64,000 nt of DNA from Burkholderiales bacterium (GCA_025363275.1 JANYEE010000156.1:5215-69214); one strand, 5' to 3'; shown: positions 1 to 9,554, counted from the first letter of the stretch. The notes: a model not told the origin generated them from the sequence alone. Program-made: numbers and translations.

Positions 1-281
1 CCGGCGTGTCCCACTACCGGGGACGGGATAACTGCAACGATGACTCCATCGGCATTGAGTTCGAAGGCCTGGAAGGCGACACATTTGAGTGTGCGCAGTA
101 CGAGACATTGCAGTCGCTGGTCAGCGCGTTGGCGGGGCGCTACCCGATTGCCCACATTGCCGGCCACGAACACCTAGCGCCCGGGCGTAAAAATGATCCC
201 GGCATTGGCATGGATTGGGCACTTTTGCAACGCTCGTTGGGTTTAGCACCCCCGTGTTTTCCCGCTGTCACAAAAAAATAG
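1..281 (+). CDS. ampD: 1,6-anhydro-N-acetylmuramyl-L-alanine amidase AmpD, C-terminal fragment (5' end lies outside the window)
   Basis: The ORF is open to the window edge. Its translation (NDDSIGIEFEGLEGDTF..YETLQSL..IAGHEHLAPGRKNDPG..DWA) is colinear with the C-terminal half of E. coli AmpD (NDFSIGIELEG..GHCDIAPDRKTDPGPAFDWA). Confidence 0.85.
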   Translation, partial: GVSHYRGRDNCNDDSIGIEFEGLEGDTFECAQYETLQSLVSALAGRYPIAHIAGHEHLAPGRKNDPGIGMDWALLQRSLGLAPPCFPAVTKK

Positions 282-548
282 TAACTATTTTTTTGTGCCT
301 TCCAACGGTCTTGCAATGCCCCCGGCGGCGGCCCTTGCAAGGCCTCGCAAAATCCCTTTTTCAAGCAGCATGCGGCCCCGCGGGGTAAAACAGGCTAGAA
401 CCTGCGCCAACATTGGTTTTCTTCGCAAAACCCACGCCCCGATGCGCGCTGCAACGCTATGGCGTACAACTACAAAAACAGAGCGCAGCAGCCTGTAGTC
501 CTGCCTGTTGCATAACCCGGGCCCAATCCCGACTTCAGAAGCTCGATA

Positions 549-595
549 CACTACCGGTAGTGGCTTGTAGACCCCTCACACACCAGATATAGTGT
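549..595. promoter_or_regulatory. Two candidate NrdR boxes upstream of nrdA
   Basis: Box 1 is CACTACCGGTAGTG (549-562), a perfect 14-bp palindrome. Box 2 is ACACCAGATATAGTGT (580-595), which resembles the NrdR box consensus acaCwAtATaTwgtgt. Their centres are 32 bp apart (about 3 helical turns), and they lie about 100-145 nt upstream of the nrdA ATG. Confidence 0.6.
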
Positions 596-693
596 GCGTT
601 GCTTTAATCGACAAACGCCAAAATACCTGTGGCATGCCGCTTTGAGCATGACCATCGACCCCAAAAAATAATACTGTTTTAGACGAGGAAAAC

Positions 694-3630
694 ATGCAAT
701 CTGTCTCCCAAGCAACTACGTCCGTGAGCACCGGAGTATTGGGCGCCCACCACGCCCCGGCCAGCGAATCTGGCAGCGTAAATATGCTGGCGCACTACCA
801 GATCATTCGTCGCAATGGCGGCGTCGTGCCTTTTGAGCCCAACAAGATCGCCGTGGCGATGATGAAAGCCTTTTTAGCAGTGCACGGCACCCAAGGCGCA
901 GCCTCAGCCAGCGTCCGTGAAACCGTTGACGGTTTGACTCAGCAGGTGATCCGCGCGCTGATGCGCTCGCGTCCCGGTGGCGGTACCTTTCATATTGAAG
1001 ATGTGCAAGACCAGGTCGAACTAGGCCTGATGCGCGGTGGCCACCACGAGATTGCCCGTGCTTATGTGCTGTACCGCGAACGTCGCACCCAGGAGCGTGC
1101 CAAGCAACTGGCTGAAGTTGCACCTGTGGCCCCAACACTGCACGTACTTGAAGGCGGCCAGCGCGTCGCCCTCGATTTGAACCAACTGCGTGCCCGTATT
1201 GAGACCGCTTGCTCTGGTCTGGGTGCCGATATCAAGGCCGAGCCTATCTTGGCCGAGACCATGCGAAATCTGTATGACGGTGTGCCACTGGATGAGGTTT
1301 ACAAAGCCTCTATCCTGGCAGCCCGCACGCTGATCGAGAAAGACCCCGACTACACCTACGCCACTGCGCGCCTGCTGTTCCACACCATTTCACGCGAAGT
1401 GCTGGGCCGTGATGTAGCCCAAGCCGACATGGGCGCAGCCTATATCGAGTATTTCCCTGGCTTCATCAAGCGCGGCGTGGAAAACGAGTTGCTTGACGAG
1501 AAACTGCTGCAGTTTGACTTGAAGCGCCTGGGCGCTGCCCTCAAGCCTGAGCGCGATATGCAGTTTGACTACCTGGGCATGCAAACTCTGTACGACCGCT
1601 ACTTCCTGCACGTGGGTAAGCAGCGCATTGAACTACCACAGGCTTTTTTCATGCGCGTGTCCATGGGCCTGTCGCTGAATGAAATCGACCGCGAAGCCCG
1701 CGCCATCGAGTTCTATGAAGTGCTGTCCAGCTTTGACTTCATGTCCAGCACGCCTACGCTGTTCAACAGCGGCACACTGCGCTCGCAATTGTCCAGTTGC
1801 TATTTGACTACCGTGCCGGATGATCTAGACGGCATCTACGAGTCCATCAAGGAAAACGCCCTGCTGTCCAAATTTGCCGGCGGCCTGGGCAATGACTGGA
1901 CCCGCGTACGCGCCCTGGGCTCCCGCATCAAGGGCACCAACGGTGAATCCCAAGGTGTGGTGCCGTTCCTGAAAGTGGTGAACGACACCGCTGTAGCGGT
2001 GAACCAGGGTGGCAAGCGCAAGGGCGCTGTGTGCACCTACCTGGAAACTTGGCACTTGGATATTGAAGAATTTCTGGAGCTGCGCAAGAACACCGGCGAC
2101 GACCGCCGCCGCACCCACGACATGAACACCGCCAACTGGATCCCCGATCTGTTCATGCGCCGCGTGATGGAAAAAGGCAACTGGACATTGTTCTCGCCCT
2201 CCAACGTGCCTGATTTGCACGATTTGTTCGGCGCCGATTTCGAGAAGGCCTATGTCGCCTACGAGGAAAAGGCCGCCCGTGGCGAAATCAAACCTGCCCG
2301 TACCATCGAAGCCAGCGATCTGTGGCGCAAGATGTTGACCATGTTGTTCGAAACTGGGCACCCTTGGATCACATTCAAGGACGCTTGCAACGTACGCTCG
2401 CCTCAACAGCATGCCGGCGTGGTGCACTCGTCCAATCTGTGTACCGAGATTACGCTCAACACCTCAGATACGGAAACTGCGGTGTGCAATCTGGGTTCTG
2501 TGAACCTGCAGCAGCACTTGAAAGATGGTGAGAACGGCAAGGTTTTAGACCATGCCAAGCTGCAGCGCACGATCACCACGGCCATGCGCATGCTGGACAA
2601 CGTGATTGACATCAACTACTACGCGGTCAAAAAGGCGCGGGACTCCAACCTCCGCCACCGCCCCGTAGGCCTGGGCTTGATGGGCTTCCAGGACAGCCTG
2701 TACGAGTTGCGTATTCCTTACGCCAGCCAGGCTGCTATCGAGTTCGCGGACCAGTCCATGGAGGCGATCAGCTACTACGCCTATTGGGCATCAACCGAGT
2801 TAGCCCGTGAGCGTGGCACTTACTCCAGCTACCGCGGGTCCCTGTGGGACCAGGGCATCCTGCCGCTGGACACATTGGATCTGTTGGCCAAAGCACGCGG
2901 CGGCTATGTTGAAGTCGACCGCTCCGCTACCCTGGACTGGGACAGGCTGCGCAACAAGATCGCCAAGGACGGTATGCGCAATTCCAATTGCGTCGCCATC
3001 GCGCCAACTGCCACCATCTCCAACATCATTGGTGTAGACGCGTCCATCGAGCCTTGCTTCGGCAATCTGTCGGTCAAGTCTAATTTGTCCGGCGAATTCA
3101 CCGTGATCAACAGCTACCTGGTGCGTGATCTGAAGCGTATCGGCCTGTGGGACGACGTGATGGTGATGGACCTGAAACACTTCGATGGATCGCTGAGCCC
3201 TATTGACCGCGTTCCGCAAGAGATTAAACAACTTTACGCAACTGCATTTGAAGTAGAAACCCAGTGGTTGGTAGAGGCCGCATCACGCCGCCAAAAATGG
3301 ATTGACCAAGCCCAGTCATTGAACATCTACATGGCTGGCGCATCGGGTAAAAAGTTGGACGAGACCTATAAGCTCGCCTGGTTGCGCGGCCTCAAAACTA
3401 CCTACTACCTGCGTACCATGTCGGCCACCCACGCAGAGAAATCCACCGTAACTGCAGGTCGGATGAACGCTGTGTCGTCGGGTAACGATTCAAAGAGCAG
3501 CATGCGCAGCTCTAACGCTTTGGAAGCAGCTGCAGCCGCCGCACAAATGCAAATGGAGATGGCCACCAACGCTGCTACCGACATTAAATTTTGCGGTGTA
3601 GACGACCCTACCTGCGAGTCGTGCCAATGA
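694..3630 (+). CDS. nrdA: Ribonucleoside-diphosphate reductase class Ia, alpha subunit
   Basis: 978-aa ORF with an ATP-cone-like N-terminus, the catalytic-site NLCTEI motif and a C-terminal Cys pair (CESCQ). A GAGGA Shine-Dalgarno sequence lies upstream of the ATG, and nrdB follows. Confidence 0.97.
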   Translation: MQSVSQATTSVSTGVLGAHHAPASESGSVNMLAHYQIIRRNGGVVPFEPNKIAVAMMKAFLAVHGTQGAASASVRETVDGLTQQVIRALMRSRPGGGTFHIEDVQDQVELGLMRGGHHEIARAYVLYRERRTQERAKQLAEVAPVAPTLHVLEGGQRVALDLNQLRARIETACSGLGADIKAEPILAETMRNLYDGVPLDEVYKASILAARTLIEKDPDYTYATARLLFHTISREVLGRDVAQADMGAAYIEYFPGFIKRGVENELLDEKLLQFDLKRLGAALKPERDMQFDYLGMQTLYDRYFLHVGKQRIELPQAFFMRVSMGLSLNEIDREARAIEFYEVLSSFDFMSSTPTLFNSGTLRSQLSSCYLTTVPDDLDGIYESIKENALLSKFAGGLGNDWTRVRALGSRIKGTNGESQGVVPFLKVVNDTAVAVNQGGKRKGAVCTYLETWHLDIEEFLELRKNTGDDRRRTHDMNTANWIPDLFMRRVMEKGNWTLFSPSNVPDLHDLFGADFEKAYVAYEEKAARGEIKPARTIEASDLWRKMLTMLFETGHPWITFKDACNVRSPQQHAGVVHSSNLCTEITLNTSDTETAVCNLGSVNLQQHLKDGENGKVLDHAKLQRTITTAMRMLDNVIDINYYAVKKARDSNLRHRPVGLGLMGFQDSLYELRIPYASQAAIEFADQSMEAISYYAYWASTELARERGTYSSYRGSLWDQGILPLDTLDLLAKARGGYVEVDRSATLDWDRLRNKIAKDGMRNSNCVAIAPTATISNIIGVDASIEPCFGNLSVKSNLSGEFTVINSYLVRDLKRIGLWDDVMVMDLKHFDGSLSPIDRVPQEIKQLYATAFEVETQWLVEAASRRQKWIDQAQSLNIYMAGASGKKLDETYKLAWLRGLKTTYYLRTMSATHAEKSTVTAGRMNAVSSGNDSKSSMRSSNALEAAAAAAQMQMEMATNAATDIKFCGVDDPTCESCQ

Positions 3631-3685
3631 TTTTGTGCATGCCATCGCACACTGCGCGATGTAACAGAGCAACACATCGAGTCGG

Positions 3686-3712
3686 TGAAATGCAGGAGTG
3701 CTTTGCATTTCA
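3686..3712 (+). other. Intercistronic hairpin between nrdA and nrdB
   Basis: TGAAATGCA (3686-3694) pairs with TGCATTTCA (3704-3712), giving a 9-bp stem. The 9-nt loop GGAGTGCTT contains a GGAG, and only a short T run follows. Confidence 0.5.
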
Positions 3713-3737
3713 TTTCACTGCTCTCATAATTCACTGA

Positions 3738-4955
3738 TTGGAACTATTTATGTTGACCTGGGACGAAGAAGTCAAGCCCTCACTGCCGACGAATTTGCAG
3801 AACATGCCGATTGCTGATTTTTCAGCAATGCGCAATGCAGTGGTGTCGGCGCCCCGTACCTCCGACGCGAATTTGCAAACCGTAGCTGCCGCTACCAGTT
3901 TTGTAGCAGAAGCTGCGCAAAAGGCTGCGGTTCCATTCCAGCGCATGCGCGCTCAAGACAAGCGCATCATCAACGGCCAAACCGACGTCAACCAGTTGGT
4001 TCCGTTCAAGTACAAGTGGGCTTGGGAAAAGTACCTGGCTACGTGTGCCAACCACTGGATGCCGCAAGAGGTCAACATGACCCGCGACATTGCTTTATGG
4101 AAAGACCCCAATGGCCTGACCGAAGATGAGCGCCGTATCGTCAAGCGCAATCTGGGCTTCTTTGTGACAGCCGATTCGCTAGCTGCCAACAACATCGTGT
4201 TGGGCACCTACCGCCACATCACTGCGCCAGAGTGCCGTCAGTTTCTGTTGCGCCAAGCTTTTGAAGAAGCCATTCATACCCATGCCTACCAATACATCGT
4301 GGAATCCTTGGGCTTGGACGAGAGCGAGATCTTCAACGCGTATAACGAAGTTCAATCGATCCGCGAAAAAGACCAGTTCCTGATCCCGTTCATTGACGCT
4401 ATAAGCGATCCGAACTTTCACACCGGCACGCATGAGACTGACCAGACGCTACTGAAATCCTTGATTGTTTTCGCGTGCTTGATGGAAGGCTTGTTCTTTT
4501 ATGTAGGCTTCACCCAAATTCTGGCGCTGGGTCGCCAGAACAAGATGACGGGTGCTGCTGAACAATACCAATACATCCTGCGTGACGAGTCCATGCATTG
4601 CAACTTCGGTATTGACCTGATCAACCAGCTGAAGCTCGAAAATCCGAACCTCTGGACTGCTGAGTTCAAACTGGAAATCAAAGCCCTGTTTGAGCGAGCG
4701 GTGGAGTTGGAATACCGCTATGCCGAAGACACCATGCCACGCGGCGTGCTGGGCATGAATGCTTCCATGTTCAAAGGCTACCTGCGTTACATCGCCAACC
4801 GCCGAGCCACCCAAATTGGCCTGGAAGCGTTGTTCCCCAATGAAGAAAATCCGTTTCCTTGGATGAGCGAAATGATCGATCTGAAGAAGGAACGCAATTT
4901 CTTTGAAACCCGCGTCATCGAATACCAGTCCGGTGGCGCCCTGTCCTGGGACTGA
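3738..4955 (+). CDS. nrdB: Ribonucleoside-diphosphate reductase class Ia, beta subunit
   Basis: Di-iron ligand motifs are present ([19 protein letters not shown]). The gene lies directly downstream of nrdA. The start is either TTG 3738 or ATG 3750, and there is a roughly 80-aa N-terminal extension before the conserved core. Confidence 0.93.
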   Translation: MELFMLTWDEEVKPSLPTNLQNMPIADFSAMRNAVVSAPRTSDANLQTVAAATSFVAEAAQKAAVPFQRMRAQDKRIINGQTDVNQLVPFKYKWAWEKYLATCANHWMPQEVNMTRDIALWKDPNGLTEDERRIVKRNLGFFVTADSLAANNIVLGTYRHITAPECRQFLLRQAFEEAIHTHAYQYIVESLGLDESEIFNAYNEVQSIREKDQFLIPFIDAISDPNFHTGTHETDQTLLKSLIVFACLMEGLFFYVGFTQILALGRQNKMTGAAEQYQYILRDESMHCNFGIDLINQLKLENPNLWTAEFKLEIKALFERAVELEYRYAEDTMPRGVLGMNASMFKGYLRYIANRRATQIGLEALFPNEENPFPWMSEMIDLKKERNFFETRVIEYQSGGALSWD

Positions 4956-4982
4956 TTCATTTCCATGACAACCCCGATTTCA

Positions 4983-5021
4983 CCTGACCAACAGCGCCAC
5001 CCAGAAGGTGCGTTGGTTAGG
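4983..5021 (+). other. Long imperfect hairpin just after the nrdB stop
   Basis: CCTGACCAAC (4983-4992) pairs with GTTGGTTAGG (5012-5021), with one G.U pair. An inner CACC/GGTG pairing adds to the stem. No T tract follows. Confidence 0.45.
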
Positions 5022-5033
5022 TGTTACCACGTT

Positions 5034-5075
5034 CATGCTGCTGGGAAACTGCCCAACAGCATGAATCGCTTTTTG
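5034..5075 (+). terminator. Probable rho-independent terminator of nrdAB
   Basis: CATGCTGCTGGG (5034-5045) pairs with CCCAACAGCATG (5052-5063), giving a 12-bp stem with 1 mismatch and a 6-nt loop. It is followed by AATCGCTTTTTG. Confidence 0.6.
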
Positions 5076-5128
5076 CGTTCCAACTTGCAAAAAGTGCTCT
5101 TTGTTTATTGATCAAGGAGAAAATTCAA

Positions 5129-5641
5129 ATGGCAACTGCAAAAAAACCGGTCGCAAAAAAGGCCGCTCCCGCGAAGAAAGCTGCACCTGCTAAAAAAGCA
5201 GCGCCAGCTAAAAAAGTAGCCGCCAAGAAAGCTGCACCCGCTAAAAAAGCGGCACCAGCCAAAAAGGTAGCTGCGAAAAAGGCTGCTCCTGCTAAAAAAG
5301 CGGCGCCAGCCAAAAAAGTAGCCGCCAAGAAAGCTGCACCCGCTAAAAAAGCGGCACCAGCCAAAAAGGCAGCTGCGAAGAAAGCGGCACCAGCCAAAAA
5401 AGCAGCTGCCAAGAAAGCTGCACCCGCTAAAAAAGCAGCTGCTAAAAAGGCCCCTGCCAAGAAGGCTGCGGTAGCCAAGAAAGCGGCACCCGCAAAAAAG
5501 CCAGCAGCTAAAAAGGCAGCCAAAAAGCCGGCTGCGAAGAAAGCCGCGAAAGCACCCGCTGCCAAAGCTGCTGCTCCTGCGGCTCAGACCACGCTAAACC
5601 CCCAGGCTGCGTGGCCTTTCCCAACCGCGAGCAAGCCTTAA
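5129..5641 (+). CDS. Histone H1-like, Lys/Ala/Pro-repeat nucleoid-type protein
   Basis: The start was trimmed to ATG 5129, which is preceded by an AAGGAGA Shine-Dalgarno sequence. The 170-aa protein consists almost entirely of KKAAPAKKAAPAKKVAA-type repeats. The upstream 36 codons of the track ORF have no support. Confidence 0.85.
   Translation: MATAKKPVAKKAAPAKKAAPAKKAAPAKKVAAKKAAPAKKAAPAKKVAAKKAAPAKKAAPAKKVAAKKAAPAKKAAPAKKAAAKKAAPAKKAAAKKAAPAKKAAAKKAPAKKAAVAKKAAPAKKPAAKKAAKKPAAKKAAKAPAAKAAAPAAQTTLNPQAAWPFPTASKP
5150..5560 (+). repeat. Coding tandem repeats (51-nt / 17-aa unit; one exact 52-nt duplication at a 102-nt offset)
   Basis: Positions 5216-5267 are identical to 5318-5369 (52/52 nt). 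The surrounding sequence is a degenerate reiteration of GCNAARAARGCNGCNCCN. Confidence 0.9.
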
Positions 5642-5661
5642 TCCTTCGGGAGACAGGTTCC

Positions 5662-5694
5662 AAAGCCCGGTGCTGTAAAGCCCGGGCTTTTTTC
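5662..5694. terminator. Rho-independent terminator (bidirectional context)
   Basis: AAAGCCCGG (5662-5670) pairs with CCGGGCTTT (5682-5690) and is followed by TTTT. It lies between the convergent H1-like and DUF3426 genes. Confidence 0.8.
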
Positions 5695-5718
5695 ATGGGC
5701 GCACAGTCCGCTTGGAAC

Positions 5719-6813
5719 CTAGGGGTAGAACGCCAGCAGGCGGTAGCCACTGATGCGCTCTGCGCTACCCGCTGTTTTCACATTCAGTGGCACTGCAGTC
5801 GTCAGCTCGCCGCCCGCCACCAAAGTGCCTTGCTGCGCACCCAGTTCCGCAGCCGACAGCACATGCCGAATCATCGGCTGGTCTTGCGTGTCCGTGAGAG
5901 TCAATTCAACTGCAGGTGCGGCCACGTCAATGGGGGCAGTATTCTTGAGAGTCAAGTTGAGGCGATACACATCACCACGCACTTTGACAAACGAGGAGGC
6001 ATCGATCACCACAGAGTCGATTTGCTTGAACGGTTCGATCTGGCATTCCAGGGCATCACACATTGCGGTGAGGGCAGGACGCAATTCCGGCACGCTGGCG
6101 GCGAGCCGATCGCGCTCGTACAACGTCACTTGCAAAGCTAAACCGGCTACCAGCAACACAGCAAAGCATGCCAAACTGCGCCGCACCCAAGGTTTGTTCC
6201 ACCCGGAATCTTTGCGGGCGTTGCGCATGAACGTCGGCGCAGACAAAGGGACGGGCGCTGAAGCCGTTGCAGCGCTTAGGGCAAATGCACCATCAACTTC
6301 TTCAGGTTCGACACAGGCCTGCGTTTCTACTGGCAATGGATGGGGTGAGGCCTCCCAAGACGGCTCAACAATCCCCTCTTCGCGCATGGCTTCGGCTTCG
6401 GATGCCTGCAACTCGGGGTCTTCGCCGGGCATTTCCAAGTGCAGTGCCGGATCGGCCTGGTACACAGCGCCAGGGCGTACGTCCATCAAAGCATCGTACG
6501 GGGTGGAGGGCGCGTCCGGCCACTCCAGTTGGGCTGCTAGTGCTTGCTCCAGTTCAGGCGCAGGATCGACCGGCATTTGCGGCTCGGTATCAACACCCGA
6601 CTCCTCCACCGGCACAGGGGCTTGCCAACGCGTGCTTTCTGGCACTGCCTCGGATTGCGCTACAGGCGCCTGGCCACCACCTTGCAAATGGGCATTGGCA
6701 TCAAAAACCTCGTCGCATTGGCCGCAGCGCACCCAACCTTCTGAAACACGAAGCTGGTCAGGAACGACTTTGAAAAGTGTGGTGCAGGCAGGGCAGCGGG
6801 TGATCAGGCTCAT
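5719..6813 (-). CDS. Zinc-ribbon (MJ0042-type) plus DUF3426-like membrane protein
   Basis: The N-terminus reads MSLITRCPACTTLFKVVPDQLRVSEGWVRCGQCDEVFDA (CxxC..CxxC). An acidic Pro-rich linker, one transmembrane segment and a beta-rich C-terminal domain follow. The position downstream of prmA is typical for Burkholderiales. Confidence 0.8.
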   Translation of the reverse strand: MSLITRCPACTTLFKVVPDQLRVSEGWVRCGQCDEVFDANAHLQGGGQAPVAQSEAVPESTRWQAPVPVEESGVDTEPQMPVDPAPELEQALAAQLEWPDAPSTPYDALMDVRPGAVYQADPALHLEMPGEDPELQASEAEAMREEGIVEPSWEASPHPLPVETQACVEPEEVDGAFALSAATASAPVPLSAPTFMRNARKDSGWNKPWVRRSLACFAVLLVAGLALQVTLYERDRLAASVPELRPALTAMCDALECQIEPFKQIDSVVIDASSFVKVRGDVYRLNLTLKNTAPIDVAAPAVELTLTDTQDQPMIRHVLSAAELGAQQGTLVAGGELTTAVPLNVKTAGSAERISGYRLLAFYP

Positions 6814-6847
6814 CGTGTCGCCATTGTAGAGTCGACCCTGCTGTGCC

Positions 6848-7729
6848 TTAAAGGGATGCCGTCATCAAAATCCAGCCGTCTTCTCGGTCGGTGACTTGCA
6901 ATTGGCAGTAGGGTGTGTAGGCTACTTTGAGCTCATCGGCCTGACGGTCTAAAATGCCGGCCAACACCAAATGGCCATGCTCGGCTACATAGGCGTGCAA
7001 CAGCGGCGCCAATACTTTGAGCGGCGTGGCCAAGATATTGGCTAGCACCAGGTTGTAGGTGCCATGGGCCAGCTCGGGCAAACCCGCTTGCAACTGCACG
7101 CCATTGGCACGGGCATTGAGTTGTGTCGATTCCACAGCCGCCGTATCAATGTCTACCGCATCCACCGAAGTGGCACCAAACTTAGCAGCACCAATAGCCA
7201 GAATGCCGGAGCCGCAACCGTAATCCAGCACCCGCGCAAACCCAGGGTGCGCTGCTATCCAGCGCAAGCACATGCGGGTGGTGGGATGGGTGCCTGTGCC
7301 GAAAGCCAAGCCGGGGTCGAGGCGGATGATTTGGCGAGCCTGGACCGGTGGTTCATGCCAAGTAGGCACGATCCAAAACTCGGGCGTAATCTCCACCGGC
7401 GCAAACTGGGATTGCGTCAAACGCACCCAATCCTGATCCTGCAATTCTGACAGGCCCAACACCTGGCAACCTTCAAAAAAATCTTGCGCCAGCAGCAAGG
7501 CTGAGGCCTCTTCGGCCAGAGCCTTGTCGGCAAACAAGGCCGTGATGCGTGAACGCTGCCAGCCGTCCTTGGGGGCTGGCATACCAGGCTCACCAAACAG
7601 GGCCACTTCGGCATCGGTCTGCGCGTCCGCGTCTTCCACGCTGACGCTCAAAGCCTCCAGTGCGTCTAACGCGTCGCTCAGCGACTCGACCCGGTCTTGC
7701 GGGCACATCAGCATCAGTTCGAACATCAT
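6848..7729 (-). CDS. prmA: Ribosomal protein L11 methyltransferase
   Basis: Length and sequence are PrmA-like, with the SAM-binding motif LDYGCGSGILAI. The gene follows accBC. Confidence 0.93.
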   Translation of the reverse strand: MMFELMLMCPQDRVESLSDALDALEALSVSVEDADAQTDAEVALFGEPGMPAPKDGWQRSRITALFADKALAEEASALLLAQDFFEGCQVLGLSELQDQDWVRLTQSQFAPVEITPEFWIVPTWHEPPVQARQIIRLDPGLAFGTGTHPTTRMCLRWIAAHPGFARVLDYGCGSGILAIGAAKFGATSVDAVDIDTAAVESTQLNARANGVQLQAGLPELAHGTYNLVLANILATPLKVLAPLLHAYVAEHGHLVLAGILDRQADELKVAYTPYCQLQVTDREDGWILMTASL

Positions 7730-7734
7730 GCAGC

Positions 7735-9084
7735 CTAGCGCTTGTGCTGTTCCAACCAGTGTTCCAGGTAGTGGATGTTGGTTCCACCGTCCATGAATTT
7801 AGCGTCCACCATCAGTTCGCGGTGCAGCGGGATATTGGTATTAATACCTTCGACCACGGTCTCGGCCAGCGCCGTGCGCATGCGGGCCATGGCCTGCTCA
7901 CGGGTGTCGCCATGCACAATGATCTTGCCGACCATGGAGTCGTAGTTGGGTGGCACAAAGTAGTTGGTATAAATGTGGGAATCAACCCGCACACCGGGCC
8001 CACCGGGAGCGTGCCACATGGTGATGCGGCCCGGGGACGGCACAAACTTGTAGGGGTCTTCGGCATTCACCCGGCACTCGATGGCATGGCCACGCATGAC
8101 GATGTCGCGCTGGGTGAAAGGCAACTTTTCGCCCGCAGCCACCATGATCTGGGTCTTGACGATGTCCACACCCGTAACCATCTCAGTGACAGGATGCTCC
8201 ACCTGCACGCGGGTGTTCATCTCAATAAAATAGAACTCGCCATCTTCGTAGAGAAACTCAAAGGTACCCGCACCGCGGTAACCGATCTTCTTACAGGCGG
8301 CCACGCAGCGTTCGCCGATGCGTTCAATCAGCTTGCGGTTGATGCCCGGCGCTGGCGCTTCTTCTAGAATCTTCTGGTGGCGACGTTGCATGGAGCAATC
8401 CCGCTCGCCCAGGTAGACCGCATTCTTGTGCTTATCCGCCAGGATTTGGATTTCGATATGGCGCGGGTTCTGGAGAAACTTCTCCATGTACACCGCTGGG
8501 TTGCCGAACGCGGCACCCGCTTCAGCTTTGGTCATCGCTACCGCATTGATCAGTGCGGCTTCGGTATGCACCACACGCATACCGCGTCCACCGCCGCCGC
8601 CCGCTGCCTTGATGATGACCGGGTAACCCACGGCTTTCGCCGTGCGGCGAATCTGCACCGGGTCATCAGGCAACTCGCCTTCAGAACCAGGCACGCAGGG
8701 CACGCCCGCCTTGATCATCGCCTGCTTGGCAGACACCTTGTCACCCATGATGCGGATGGATTCAGGTGTTGGACCGATGAACTGGAAACCGCTTTTCTCA
8801 ACCCGTTCGGCAAAGTCAGCGTTTTCACTCAAAAAGCCGTAGCCTGGATGAATGGCTTCGGCATCGGTCACTTCGGCGGCCGAAATGATGGCCGGCATGT
8901 TGAGATAACTCAAATTAGAAGGTGCGGGGCCAATACAGACAGCTTCTTCGGCTAATCGTACGTATTTAGCGTCGCGATCCGCTTCGGAATACACCATCAC
9001 GGCTTTAACGCCCAGCTCTCGGCAGGCACGCTGAATCCGCAAGGCAATCTCACCGCGGTTGGCAACAAGGATCTTTTTAAACAT
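7735..9084 (-). CDS. accC: Acetyl-CoA carboxylase, biotin carboxylase subunit
   Basis: The protein begins [16 protein letters not shown] and has ATP-grasp motifs (GGGGRGMR). The start was trimmed to ATG 9084, because the track ORF's extra 24 codons overlap the accB stop region. Confidence 0.97.
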   Translation of the reverse strand: MFKKILVANRGEIALRIQRACRELGVKAVMVYSEADRDAKYVRLAEEAVCIGPAPSNLSYLNMPAIISAAEVTDAEAIHPGYGFLSENADFAERVEKSGFQFIGPTPESIRIMGDKVSAKQAMIKAGVPCVPGSEGELPDDPVQIRRTAKAVGYPVIIKAAGGGGGRGMRVVHTEAALINAVAMTKAEAGAAFGNPAVYMEKFLQNPRHIEIQILADKHKNAVYLGERDCSMQRRHQKILEEAPAPGINRKLIERIGERCVAACKKIGYRGAGTFEFLYEDGEFYFIEMNTRVQVEHPVTEMVTGVDIVKTQIMVAAGEKLPFTQRDIVMRGHAIECRVNAEDPYKFVPSPGRITMWHAPGGPGVRVDSHIYTNYFVPPNYDSMVGKIIVHGDTREQAMARMRTALAETVVEGINTNIPLHRELMVDAKFMDGGTNIHYLEHWLEQHKR

Positions 9085-9101
9085 AGGCGAGGTACGGTGC
9101 C

Positions 9102-9554
9102 TTATTCGATGATGAACAGGGGCTGCCCGTATTCGACGGCTTGGCCGTTCTCGCAAAGAATCTTTGAAACAGTGCCAGATTTGTCTGCTTCGATCTCATT
9201 GAGGATCTTCATGGCCTCAATAATGCAGATCGTGTCGCCTTCTTTGACGATATCGCCGATTTCGACAAAAGGCTTGGCACCTGGAGATGATGACCGATAG
9301 AAAGTACCTACCATGGGAGATTTGACGGTGTGGCCACTTGGCACTTCAGCCGCTGGCGCATTCACAGCAGCATCGACAGGCGCAGCAGATGCCATAGGCA
9401 TCGCGGCGTACATGGGCTGGGGTGCGTAAGCTTGTACCATGGGGCCGCCACCTTTGACGATCCGTACTTTGCCTTCGGCCTCGGTAATTTCAAGCTCCGA
9501 GACATTGGACTCGGACACCAAGTCGATTAGGGTTTTAAGTTTGCGTAAATCCAT
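9102..9554 (-). CDS. accB: Acetyl-CoA carboxylase, biotin carboxyl carrier protein
   Basis: The biotinylation motif [15 protein letters not shown] is present. ATG 9554 is preceded by a GGAGA Shine-Dalgarno sequence. Confidence 0.95.
   Translation of the reverse strand: MDLRKLKTLIDLVSESNVSELEITEAEGKVRIVKGGGPMVQAYAPQPMYAAMPMASAAPVDAAVNAPAAEVPSGHTVKSPMVGTFYRSSSPGAKPFVEIGDIVKEGDTICIIEAMKILNEIEADKSGTVSKILCENGQAVEYGQPLFIIE

Noticed and set aside
285-551. 88-aa minus-strand and 67-aa plus-strand ORFs in the ampD-nrdA spacer
   Set aside because: They overlap each other, have no Shine-Dalgarno sequence or recognisable motif, and are Arg-rich. The region is better explained as the nrdA regulatory or leader region.
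282-693. Cobalamin or other riboswitch in the long nrdA leader
   Set aside because: I could not recognise a B12-box-like sequence or other riboswitch core. Only NrdR-box-like palindromes and generic GC hairpins are visible. A covariance-model scan would be decisive.
5021-5128. 36-codon N-terminal extension of the H1-like ORF in the track
   Set aside because: It overlaps the nrdB terminator hairpins. The strong AAGGAGA Shine-Dalgarno sequence precedes the internal ATG at 5129.
5150-5560. Regular short repeats that could be mistaken for a CRISPR array or VNTR locus
   Set aside because: The repeats are contiguous with no unique spacers, lie in-frame and encode the AKKA motif. They are a coding tandem repeat.
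5753-6829. 358-aa plus-strand ORF fully overlapping the DUF3426 zinc-ribbon gene
   Set aside because: The Ser/Ala/Thr/Gly-rich translation is typical of an antisense frame in high-GC DNA. The minus-strand frame has a clear CxxC..CxxC zinc ribbon and a conserved position after prmA.
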